A DNA stretch of 63,392 nt, filler included, from Craspedostauros australis (GCA_030167865.1; 13 parts of 13 records of this genome joined end to end with filler, not necessarily neighbours in it); one strand, 5' to 3'; counted from the first letter of the whole stretch, positions 38,215 to 48,922 are shown. Notes: a model not told the origin generated them from the letters alone. Numbers and translations: made by a program.

Positions 38215-38741
38215 TAATAGAGCCCAAACGTAATGGCTGTTGTCTTGTTGGCTGTTGATAGCTGTGGGCAGAGGCTTGATTGGCAAGCGGTCCGAACGTG
38301 AGTCTTCTGGATCACAAGTAGTCAATTGAGAATACTGATGATGGGTGAAGAAACGTGCGGGTTATGAGATTAGTGCTATGGTTCTTCCCTGCAGGGAGGA
38401 TCTCCTGTGGTGTCCTGAATGACAATGTGTGTGGGTCGTGTAGCCCAAGTACCGTGGGTCGAGATCCGTTGGCTGAGTTCTTTGAGAGACAATGGGCGAT
38501 GATGCGCGTTGCTGGGGCTCTGTTTCCATGTGTCGGCGTTTTGGCGATGGTGGGTGTCAGAAACTGGGTTATCGGAACCCTACTGGTTCCCTGACACAGG
38601 TTCCGAAGATCTGCTTCAAGGTTCTGGATCTGTCCCCAAACGTGGGGGCCGGTGAAGTAATCATCCGATCTACTGGAATGCTGACGGGTCGGATGATTCG
38701 TAGGCTCTCTCGCTAAGATGGTTACTAGTTTAGCTCTATTA
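38215..38741 (-). mobile_element. 3' LTR (family C, 527 bp) with non-canonical TAATAGAGC...GCTCTATTA termini
   Basis: Perfect 9-bp terminal inverted repeat. Polypurine tract GAGATGAAGGGGAG (38742-38755, - strand) is directly upstream. A second copy ends at 57376. Confidence 0.9.
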
Positions 38742-38839
38742 CTCCCCTTCATCTCACGTCAAAACGTGAGTTGACTGAAAGCAAGAAAGCTAACTGTAGC
38801 GTGGGTTGATCCGCCGCCCAAGATGGCGGCGAGCGGGCT

Positions 38840-40594
38840 TCATTCGGGCTGTTCGTTGTTGTCGTTGTAGCCGCGACCTTGGTGACGGTTGGTGGACATG
38901 TGTTCCAATGCCTCATTCAACAAGGAGGTGATGCTGACCTGTTGGACGTGGTTGATGTGGTCAAGCCCTCCGCGAAAAAGGATATCGGTGAGAGCTTGGA
39001 TGGCCGGAAGTGTCCTGTTGTCGGTTTGGAGGACGGCCTTGATCTGAGCTGTGGGGTTGGGGGACATCTGGAAGATGGATGGTTGCGCCATCGTTGGTTC
39101 TCGGCTGTTGGACATGATGTATCCGGACCGGAGACGTCGGGGTGACGGGTATGCGATCATTGGTCGGGGCTCCGTTTGGGCCTTCTTGTTCGCGTTGCTG
39201 GTCTCCGGTGTGTCAGGGGTCGATGGTAGGGGATGGTTCAAGACGTGGGATTTGCGAGTGTTGATGTTCGCATACTCATTGTTGTTCACAGGTGCCGGGT
39301 ACGCGGTTGCTACCAGCACGTCATCATCGGTTGGTTCCTCTGGTAGTGTAGGAACCTCTGGTTGTTCATCCTGGGTTATGGGAGGCACCGGTACTGCAGC
39401 CTTGGCGGGTTTCTCCGCGGTCGTGGTGGGAGCCCCTTTCGTGTTGATGATCCCACTTGCGGATTTCTTGGCGGACCTGGCCTGTTTGATCATCTTGATT
39501 CCTGACATTCCCGAGGAAACGGTGGATTCCTCGGATTCATCGAAAATCCCCTTTCTCTTGGGGGGTTGGCTCCGGTTGCCGCTGCCTCCAGAGCTGGACC
39601 GTCGCAATGCTTGGTCTCGTTTGACTGATTTGTCTTCTGGTTGGTAGATGGACCCAGAATCATCACTGTCGCCGGGCCCTGGGGTGGACGCGCTATCTAC
39701 CGAATGGTCTGTTGATGGTAGGGGTTTTGGCCGGATCTTGTCGGTGTACCCTTGTCCATCTCGCATGGCAGTCATGATTTTGGATCGCGGTGATGGTTGT
39801 GAGGATCGCCTGACGGGGGGTCTGGGTCGGCTGATTACCGCTCCGCTTGCGATCTCCGCTTCCACGTCAATCACGTCTTTGGGGTCTTGCGGATCCTGAT
39901 CTTCATCCTGGTCTGCCTCTGGATCAGATCCGTGGCGGTTGGCTTCTTCCGCGGTCATCTTCTCATCGAAGTGCCCGTCGGGGATCTCATCCAAGAACCT
40001 GCTATCGGGCGTCTCTCCTTCCTCAAGGCTGGGTTTGGTGTCCTTGAGGACAGGTATGCCGTCGACCATCTCATCGTCACTGGTGGGTGGGTTGGCTTCT
40101 CCTGTGAGTGCATTAGCCTCTCGCATGAGATTGTTGGCGAGAGTGTCGCTTTGCTTTCGGACCTCTTGTGCCTTCTGTGCTCGTGGGAGGATGATTGGGA
40201 TCCGGTTCTTTCTTACTTTGAAGAAGTGGCAGATGGATGGTTTCCGCATGACCGTGCGAAACGTGTCTGGTGGTTTGGCCCATGCGCCGTCCTCTCTGGG
40301 GTAGAAGCATTGACCGTCGGCTATGGCGATGCTGAGGACTTCATTGGCTTGGAGATAGTTGTCCATATATTCGGAGAGGGTGAGGGGAAAGATGGATTGT
40401 TTCTCCGCGTAGGTGACGAGGCCGGTAGGCGCCTTATTGTTCCCCTTTGTGCAGTAGATATGCACTCTGCGGCCACTGAACCCAACGACGACTCCTTGGA
40501 AGGTTCCTTTCTTTCCTGCAGGGTACAGCACTCTGGATCCAGGGACGGGGCATCGGGTACCATCGTAGAACGGGGTGTACTTCAGGAACGTCAT
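38840..40594 (-). CDS. Extra 584-aa ORF between Copia pol and the PPT/3' LTR; function unknown
   Basis: Uninterrupted ORF whose ATG overlaps the pol TGA (ATGA, 40591-40594). Beta-rich N-terminus, long D/S/P/K-rich disordered middle, short helical C-terminus. Confidence 0.8.
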   Translation of the reverse strand: MTFLKYTPFYDGTRCPVPGSRVLYPAGKKGTFQGVVVGFSGRRVHIYCTKGNNKAPTGLVTYAEKQSIFPLTLSEYMDNYLQANEVLSIAIADGQCFYPREDGAWAKPPDTFRTVMRKPSICHFFKVRKNRIPIILPRAQKAQEVRKQSDTLANNLMREANALTGEANPPTSDDEMVDGIPVLKDTKPSLEEGETPDSRFLDEIPDGHFDEKMTAEEANRHGSDPEADQDEDQDPQDPKDVIDVEAEIASGAVISRPRPPVRRSSQPSPRSKIMTAMRDGQGYTDKIRPKPLPSTDHSVDSASTPGPGDSDDSGSIYQPEDKSVKRDQALRRSSSGGSGNRSQPPKRKGIFDESEESTVSSGMSGIKMIKQARSAKKSASGIINTKGAPTTTAEKPAKAAVPVPPITQDEQPEVPTLPEEPTDDDVLVATAYPAPVNNNEYANINTRKSHVLNHPLPSTPDTPETSNANKKAQTEPRPMIAYPSPRRLRSGYIMSNSREPTMAQPSIFQMSPNPTAQIKAVLQTDNRTLPAIQALTDILFRGGLDHINHVQQVSITSLLNEALEHMSTNRHQGRGYNDNNEQPE

Positions 40595-43152
40595 GGTGGC
40601 TGTTCTTGTCTGGTGTGGGATGAGGTTGTATCCAGGGTCTTGATTGTGGCAGCTCCATTTTGAGGGGAAGGGATGTTCACGTCGCGGAACGAGAAAGTGG
40701 GTGCGGTTGTGTTTCGTGCCAGGTCTTCCTGGAGATCAGCAATCAGCATGTCGCACCTGTATGTTTCATGCTCAGGTGTGACGAAAACCCGAGATGCCAG
40801 GCCCGTGTGGAAGGAAGTTTCGCAGGTACCTTCTTCAATAGCCGGCATGGTAGCTCCTGGTGGTGGTTTCCGGAACTTGGTCGATGTGGCGACGTGTGAT
40901 TGGTTGGTTGGCATGATGGGCGCTGTCTCCAGCATGTCTCTTGGATAGTAGAGGACTTCGCTACCGCAAGACGCCGTGGAGGGGTTGATACTTGAGAGCG
41001 TACTGAATTCATCGGTGAGGGCTGATGGTGGTGTGTCACCGCGCCGGATCAGGAATTTGTCGGTTGGCGCACCGGCTGGCTCGTGGTTCTGATTCGTGGC
41101 ACGGTTATCGGTCATGTCGTATACAACACTGGAATTTCGCGTCTGTTGGCGGTTGGACGAGGTTGGTGTACTCATGGTGCGCCTTATGGGCCTGGGTGTT
41201 CTCCTTTGTGCCAATTCGAGGGGGTTCGGTTCTCGTTGGGTTCTGGTTAGCCGAAGGGTTTTTGATGTCGGGCTGTACTTCATGGAGGTCTGTTGGTACC
41301 TTGCCATGTTCACGCTCATAGTGTGTTCTTCCTTCGGTGGTGGTGGTTCTTGCGTCTCCGCGGCCATTATATCGGGATCATCGTCTGCTCTGGTCGTCCT
41401 GCTCTTTGTTATGGCTTGTGATATGGTTTCGTTGTGGTATCCGGACTCATGGATTGAGTTCCGGAATATCGTTCTCGACGTGATGTGGTGGAATGGTGTC
41501 TTGGAAAGAGGTTTGGTTAGTATGTCAGCGATGTTGTCAGCTGACGCGATGTGGGCGAACACGATGATTCCAGCGGCAATGCATTCCCGGATTTGATGAA
41601 AGGCCAAAGAGCAGTGTTTCTTCTTCAGTGTCGAGGAAGGGACCGTGGTGTTGAGTACCACCGCTTTGTTGTCCCCGAGCATGATTGCGGGTCCGTCGAT
41701 GGGGACTCCGAGGTCTCTCAGCATGTAGCGCAGACCTGTGACCGCCTCGGTAGCTATCCTGGCTGCTACCAATTCGGATCCGTAGGTGGATGTTTCCACT
41801 GTGTTCTGTCGCTTGCAGATGGTCTTGACGATGGTATTGTTGATCAATAGTACCATGCCCGTCATGGATTTCCGTGTGACTTGGTCGTGGCCATGGTCGG
41901 CATCCACGTAACATGTGATTTGGATCGGCTTCCCTTTTGGTGTTGGTACTGATACGGGGGTGACTTCTGCGGCGGTAGGGTAGACTTCTCTCCAATGGCT
42001 TGAGAGGGTGGTGTCGATGTTCGTGTGATCCACTGGGTTGGGGTCGCAGAGAATGGCTCCCTTTTCTCGACCTTTAAGGTACCCGACGATGCGTTGGATG
42101 GTCAGAAGATGTCCCTCCCTTGGTGCCATAGCGAACCGTGCCATCGTCGTCATGGCGTATTGGATGTCCAGCCTCCCGAGGGTCACGACCCAATTGAGGC
42201 AGCCCAGAATTGATCGGTAGGTCCTGGCATCTTCGCTGCTCGTGAAATCCGATGTGTCGCTTTCCGGGTGACAAGCCTCTACCTTGGGGGTGGATGCCTT
42301 CGGGATTGTCTTCCCTACTAGCTGCTCTACTCGTTTGATGACGTTTCCAATGTATGTCTGGGCCGAGAGTCCGATGTTGACTCCCCTGTCCTTCCAGTTC
42401 TTGGGGAGGTCGACGATGTTTCCGCCGAGGTAGTACTCTGGGTCACCGCATTGCTTCATGGTGTACCGTTTCTTGAGGTCGTCGATGATTGGGATGGGAT
42501 CCTTGCTGAAAACCAGTACGTCGTCCACGTACGTGGTGATCATCTCGTAGTGGTCGTCGGCTTCTCGGGTGTAGATGTCGTTGTCGGCTTTGGAGGGTAG
42601 GAATCCCATGGTTCGTAGGGTGTCCGCGAAGTGTTCGTGGAACCTCGCGCTTGATGTCCTCAGGCCGTAGAGTCCCTTTTGTATGATGAGGGGTTTGCCT
42701 TCGAGGTCGCCAAACTCAGGTCCTGCCCGGATGTAGCATTTCTCGAGGGTGTCTGCGTATAGGAACGCGTTCCCTACATCGCCGGTGAATGCCCTCAGTC
42801 CGTTGGCTGCTGCGATGGCGAAGGCGATTCGAATGGTGTCTGATGCTACCACCCCTGAGTAGACGTCTTCTGTTGGTGGGGATGTCTTGTTTCCGTTTGC
42901 CACCAGTCTCGCCTTTCGACGTAGGTCGAACTTCACATCGTAAACGATGTGGTATGGGATCTTGGTGTACCCATCGAGTGCTTTGTTCGGTCTTGGTTGT
43001 CTGAAGGTTCCCAACCGTTTGATCTGGTCCAGTTCCTTGTTGATGGCTTCGCTCCAAAGTCCGTTTCCGTTGAGCCTGTCGATAGCCATGGCGTGTTTCA
43101 GGCTGTTGGGTACCAGGGTGCCGAACTTGTACTTGTTTCCTGGGCGGTGGTT
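40591..43152 (-). mobile_element. Ty1/Copia (CoDi-like) RT-RNase H with a long C-terminal extension; 5' part cut by an LTR insertion and the gap
   Basis: KYKFG...AIDRLNGNGLWSEAINKE, YDVKFDLRRKARLVANG, DVGNAFL, LYGLRTS, YVDDVL; RNase H YVDADHGHD, ETSTYGSELVAAR, GDNKAVV, ADILTKPL. The frame is intact. Confidence 0.95.
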
Positions 43153-43232
43153 TGTCGAGATGTACATGTGAGTATATGTCGAGATGTACGTGTATATGTG
43201 CATCGTTCACCCGTTATTCTCTCATACGCACT
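43153..43232 (+). mobile_element. LTR family A terminus inserted into Copia pol
   Basis: TGTCGAGATGTACATGTGAGTATATGTCGAGATGTAC, the reverse complement of 53066-53146 and ~12053-12131. Confidence 0.88.
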
Positions 43233-44212
43233 NNNNNNNNNNNNNNNNNNNNNNNNNNNNNNNNNNNNNNNNNNNNTTAATTAATTAANNNNNNNNNNNN
43301 NNNNNNNNNNNNNNNNNNNNNNNNNNNNNNNNTAATTGACTGGTTGATACAGCCGACCCATACGACTCCAGGGCATCATCCGCAGGAAGAAGACGGGACA
43401 CACAGCGGGAATGCAAGCCATGTGCATCACCCCGCAATGGAGACCCAAACTTAACGGTTATAACGGCCACACTAGGGCCACATCCCTAAGTAAGGACAAT
43501 TCGAACCATGTGCGACAACGGCCATTTGATGGCAATGCGGAGCTCACAAAATGATCGCCCGCGGCGACAAAATCGACACACAAACAAAAACTCAAAAACA
43601 CGGAATGCGCTATCGATGACACCAATTGCAAACCCATCAGAGAAGATGCAATCGGATAGTGAAGCCGGACCAAGACCCGCTTCGAGCAAATGAGAAACGA
43701 AGGAGGTCGAACACGAGGAGATTGAGTTGCCTGCAAGAGAAAGGGGAAAGAGAGAAGAGAAACAACAAGCAGAGAAGCGATGAGACAAGCAACAACCGAA
43801 ACGCGCACAATTTGGAAAAGACGAAAGAATTGTCACACTCCTCGCTTCGGATAACGCTTCCTGCAACGCTTCAAATTTTTTAACCCACCTTCCCGCCCTT
43901 TGGGGATTCCAGCGCTCTCCCTCCAACCAGGATCGAATCGGTCAACACCAACGCAAACAGCCGAGGCAGAGACCAGAGACGAACTTGGCTAGGAGGGATC
44001 GAGCCGGATGATCCAAGGCAAGCTTGGAGGTGCTAGTAACCCTACCACCCAACGCAGACAAGCTATGTGTCTATTGGATTAGCCCTTCATTCTCTTTTCC
44101 TCCTTTTTCCATTCACGGATCATTGCTGACTCACACTACTCGATTGACTCGATCCAAGCTGTTCCCGGAACTACGACCTGCAAGTCGCAGTTGATGCACT
44201 TACGATAACACT

Positions 44213-46432
44213 GGAGGTGGTTGTGTGACTCATAATTTCATAATATCGGCTTCTAAGCCAATCAGATCACTCCATTATGAACACAAGATACCTTCCGAAC
44301 AGGGGGTGACCAGGACCGAAACGAGCGTATAACGTCAATAAAAAATATGAAATCCTGGAGTTGAGTTATGAACGCCCCAAAAAGACCGTTCATCACTCAA
44401 CTCTCACTTTTCGTCGAGATCTCATCTCGTGTCTTCCTCTCAAATCGCTCCTCCAACGGCAATTTGGGAGTTTTTTGTGATTTCCTCCCTCGCATGCGTT
44501 GGCATCAGTTTTCATAACCTCTGTTGTGCATGTATCGTCGTGCAACCCTCTACTTCCTCCCTTGTTTCTACCATCGACATGTGTCATTTGTCCATCTCCT
44601 TTCATGCACGCTGTGCCCTTCTGTCATCTAGCTTGTTCCTAGAATTGTAGTATGATTAGTGTTTCCTTTTATAGTATTGCCATCTGCTTTATCACAATGG
44701 ATTGTTCCTCTTTCCTCCAACGCCGCCACGAGGTAGCCACCTCTACCATCCTCATCATCATCGCTGAGCAACTCATGACACGTGCGACCGCCCACCACTC
44801 TTTCTGATAGAGCACTATCGTAAAATCACAAGGGGAGAGCAAAAGCAAAGTACCATGCCGGGATTCGAACCCGGAACCTCAGTTAGAATTACTGGTGCTC
44901 TACCGTTGAGCTACAGGCGATGCGATTGCTGATCCGAACACAAGTGAAATTTATAGATAGTGGGGGCTACGGGTGTAACGTACTTAGCACTATTCAGTTT
45001 TGTGCTGATACTTTCTCCAGTTGCCCAGCTTCTGTGCACAGCGCTTGTCCACGTCTCCACAGGTGGCATCCCCCCTTCCGGCATCCGTGATTCGCCCACC
45101 AAACATATTCAGCTACAGCAGGAAGCAGTAGGATGGACGGCCATAGTATGGGGCGGATGGGCCTCCCTTTGGCGTGAGCATGCGCCTCCCATGGGCCAGC
45201 AAGCGCACCGATGAGCACCCTGCCTTCTATGTGACTGGCAGGCCAGTGTTACCAATCTACTCTGGCACACAGCCCTGGAGCAATGGCAAGATTGCAACTC
45301 AGCAAAGGCGGATCAGATGGCTGATGACATGATTGCGCTCCTCCAGGAGCAGGCCCTACAGCTCCAAGCACTACCACCTGCGGACGTCCCAGCAGTGCTC
45401 CGAACCCTTTGGGAGCGGCCTCCCCCTTCACATCAAACAGCGGCACTGTCTGACTGGACCCAAGCTATGAGATCAGGCCTCGGAGACGCCGCCCACCGAG
45501 CTCCGAAAGTGCTCGTCAATTGGATGCTCCAGTTGCATCGGCGAAAGGACGCTGACTCCAGCTCGCGATCGGACCACCTGTCTGCAACGGCAGCCAACAG
45601 TCCCACAACATCACCTTGCACACACTAGCCATCACTTGGCTTCACTCTGTTCCCGCAGCGTGCTATCACGTTGAATAAACGAGGTGGAATCAAAGCACCG
45701 TCGGCGCATGACTTAACAGTTATAATCATTGTGATATAAAAATAAATGAGTTAATTATGGCACAGCAGTGTCTTCTCATGTTTGCTGTCGCTGACTACCT
45801 CCACAGCGGCTTGCCTACTGCTTTGCGCAGAGGCCACTACTAGAGCTCGAGATTTCTCTCGTGACACTAGTACCTTCTGGCAAACATTCTCAAACATGGT
45901 GATGCTATGGAGTTCTACAACTTCGTTGGCATCACCAGAGAGTCCTTCATCCAACTCGCCGCCGTCTTGAAGCCATCCATCGAGGCTCTTCCTGTCAATC
46001 AACGATCTGTGACCCTGTGTTGATGTGATCTGGCACGTCGCAGATTCACGCATATTGATGTGACTGCAATTGTTTTGAAGTATCTCCAACGCATCCGCAC
46101 TATGCATATTCACGACGAAGATTAATAATGCATGGAAGATGCAGTGCATAGACTATCAAAAGACACCCTGGTGCATGGGGTACACCAGCAAGTCGGAAGC
46201 ATATGAAGGAACATCCGAAGCAGTTAGGCAAGCATATCAAGACTTGGAGGCTGTACAACCGTAAAGAGCACGATTGCGCAAAAAGAGCAAGATCCAGATC
46301 GAAACGTGGATGGGATACACGACTCACATCGATCCATTGAGTCGATACGGTTAACGGGACTAGGACCGTGACTCGGGATAGGGGCGCGCCAGCCTCGCCA
46401 GTTATGAAATTATGAGTCTCGCAAAAACCTCC
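44213..46432 (+). mobile_element. Complete non-autonomous PIF/Harbinger-superfamily element (2220 bp) with ~32-bp imperfect TIRs and ACT TSD
   Basis: ACT|GGAGGTGGTTGTGTGACTCATAATTTCATAA ... TTATGAAATTATGAGTCTCGCAAAAACCTCC|ACT. Transposase-like remnant GDAMEFYNFVGITRESFIQL at ~45757-46100. Confidence 0.8.
44851..44920 (-). tRNA. tRNA-like sequence (pseudo-tRNA or SINE-like head); anticodon ambiguous (TTC by pairing, TCT by TTCTAA context)
   Basis: A box and D arm TAGCTCAACGGTAGAGC; perfect T arm CCGGG-TTCGAAT-CCCGG; anticodon stem CAGT/ACTG. The acceptor stem pairs at only 4 of 7 positions. Confidence 0.75.
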
Positions 46433-46500
46433 ACTCTAGTGGCTTTTGGCTTGGGTGGAGGCCAATTTTTTGGTAACCATTGGTAACAATTGGTAACTAC

Positions 46501-46832
46501 GAGCTGCACCAAACCATAAACTGTTCACGATAGCCCTAGTTGTGGAGTTTTACTCATGATGAGTCGTGATAAAGTAGACTAAAATAGAGCACACCCAAAA
46601 CCATCCAAACAACTGCTTATGATGTTATATCTCAACAACACACCATTAAAAATTAAAAATTGACAGTGCATTCGGACGCTTGGCTATCGCTTATTCTGAA
46701 TATCGAAGTTAAATTTGTATGGACTTTATTTTTAATGTTGTTTTGGCTTGCTGACTGTCATGTGGTGGATTCCAAAAATTCTCGATGGCACCATGCTGCC
46801 CTCCCTTCAGCACCCATGATCATCATCATCGT
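46501..46832 (+). repeat. Dispersed repeat homologous to 56521-56852 (3' flank of the mariner-type transposase)
   Basis: Shared blocks TCACGATAGC.CTAGTTGTGGAGTTTT, TTATTCTGAATATCGAAGTT and TTTGGCTTGCTGACTGTCATGTGGTGGAT. Confidence 0.85.
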
Positions 46833-48376
46833 CCTGGTATTTGCGCAATCTGCGCACCACACTGGCTCCATATACCCCCCATCTATCTACTCCATGAAGG
46901 ACAGGACGTTCTGGGTGCATCTCATACTCCAAAGTCTCCCTGCACTGAAACGCAGAAATTTAAAAAACGGTTTCGATGCGGATACCGTTCATATTTGGAT
47001 CCGTATCTTGTCAAGATGATCCTTGCAGCTCCTCCACATGCCCCTCATGCGTTCCCACATTCTCTGGCAACACACTGATGTGTTCAGAATGGGTGGGTAG
47101 TTCATACCTCCAAAGGTACACCTCCATGTGATGAGGCCATCATGGAGTTTTTGCGACACCCCAAAAACACCTTTTGTGTGCATCCCACCTTGCAGCCTCT
47201 TGCAGACTCCAGAATATTCTGGCGCTTCATTGACCGACCAATGAGTTGATTTTGAACACATCTTCAATGGGGGGCTTGGAGATCTGGGTGACTTGTCAAT
47301 GGCACCCATCACCACCCAAGCCATGTGATGTGTCTGCTGCCACCCACCAAAAAACTCTTGCCCTCCACTTGTTTCTTGCAGAGGGCACCTTCCAGCCCAC
47401 CCCCGACCCTCAAACTTTGTGGACATCTTCATCGTATCCACCTGGATGCGTCTTGCTCATCCATGGTCGTTGGGATGGCCTGTGTATTCCAGGCAGAGAC
47501 CATATCCAACAAGCAGATTATCCTCCGAATCATGTCATTTGCGCGTGAGCCTGCCACGACCCCAAATCAACCAAGATGGCATCCCCCTCTTGCTCATCTA
47601 CCAAGCTTTACATGGCGGTTCCGCCTATGCGCTCAGATCTTGCACTGAACCGCTGGTTGTTGCAGTGCCGATGATGCCGTTCGACGGTGCTTGAGGAGTT
47701 TTGTTGTGTTTCTCCGTCGTCGTGTTGTTGTGTTGTGTTTGGTGTTCTCAACCAGTTTTTGCTGTTGGGGGCTGTGGAGATTAACCACAATTCTACCGAA
47801 TGTGCCAACCAATGAGAACACTTTTTGAGTCCCGAATTGCACCTCCATTCCACAACACCAAAACTATCGTCACAAAGTGGACAACGGAAACATTGCGCAT
47901 CTGGGACGACCTGCTGTTGATTCTCTGCTGCTTGTAGCCATTGCTTGTACAACAATGTACAATGACTGTGACTCTCCACATGAGAGAGAGTGGATGATAC
48001 AATGCACCTTGTGCCTGTCCTCCAATGTTGCCCATGCCCCTTGTGATGCGCCGCGCCGTGCTGTGTGTCGATGGCGGATGGTGCGGTGCGATGTGTCGTG
48101 TTGCTGCCCTTGTGTTTCTGGTGTGCATTGTGATGCGCCTTTCGAATAGACCGCTTCCTCCATCAACACAGCACACACAATCCTGCAATCACTGTACTCT
48201 TCACCTTGCAAACATGCTGTGCGCTGGTGATTGTGTGAAGGTGGCACCTCACACAGACTCAAATGACAAGATCCGTGACCTGGGCATATGCCATGTTGAG
48301 TTTGCAATGAAGCAGACCACGGACAGCGCTACGATCAAATGCGATGGGCCTTGCCGTTGGAAATATGGGGTTCCCA

Positions 48377-48922
48377 TGTCGAGATATGCATGTGTGCATG
48401 TGCATCGCTCACCCACCATTCTCTCATACTCATGTACGGACGGTACAATACACAGGTGTCGATAGTGAGCTGTGATTTGTCAAAATCACATCACGAAATT
48501 GAACACACGAAAATGAGCAGAGTTTCTGGAAGAAATTTGCAAACACCGATTTCTGAGAGTATCAGGAACATCGTCCGTCCATCCATCAATGGAAACGTAT
48601 GACGTCGAGCGAAGCTCAATGTATTTCCCAACTAAACCTCAGATGACAACATCCTCACCAAGCCATCGCATCATTGATGAAACATGACATCTGGAGGAAC
48701 GTGGAACAGGACAGCTGACATCGACAGGATGTCATCGTGTCACCACGTTGACATCTGTCTCCACATCAGATCAAGAAGGGGAAGATTCGATGACCGAAGA
48801 GCATCGAGATCATGGATACACGAGGTGAAGCTCAAGTGGAAAGCACTTGTGGAGTAGCAGGCCAGTAGAGAACGAACGGAGTGTCAAATGTGGAGTACGC
48901 ATCGAACATGGAGTATCGCGTG
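48377..48922 (+). mobile_element. Diverged LTR family A copy, interrupted at ~48923
   Basis: Starts TGTCGAGAT and aligns with the reverse complement of 11855-12110 and with 29588-29870. Confidence 0.8.

Noticed and set aside
38312..38752. 146-aa ORF as a third element gene
   Set aside because: It lies within the PPT and LTR and has no recognisable motif.
43153..43203. MHIYTYISTY as the start of the 870-aa pol ORF
   Set aside because: These codons come from the inserted family A LTR. Likewise the start of ORF 30108 and the end of ORF 28744-29535 are LTR-derived.
44851..44920. Functional tRNA or amber suppressor (CTA in TTCTAAC)
   Set aside because: With CTA centred the anticodon stem pairs at only 2 of 5 positions, and the acceptor stem is broken in any register.
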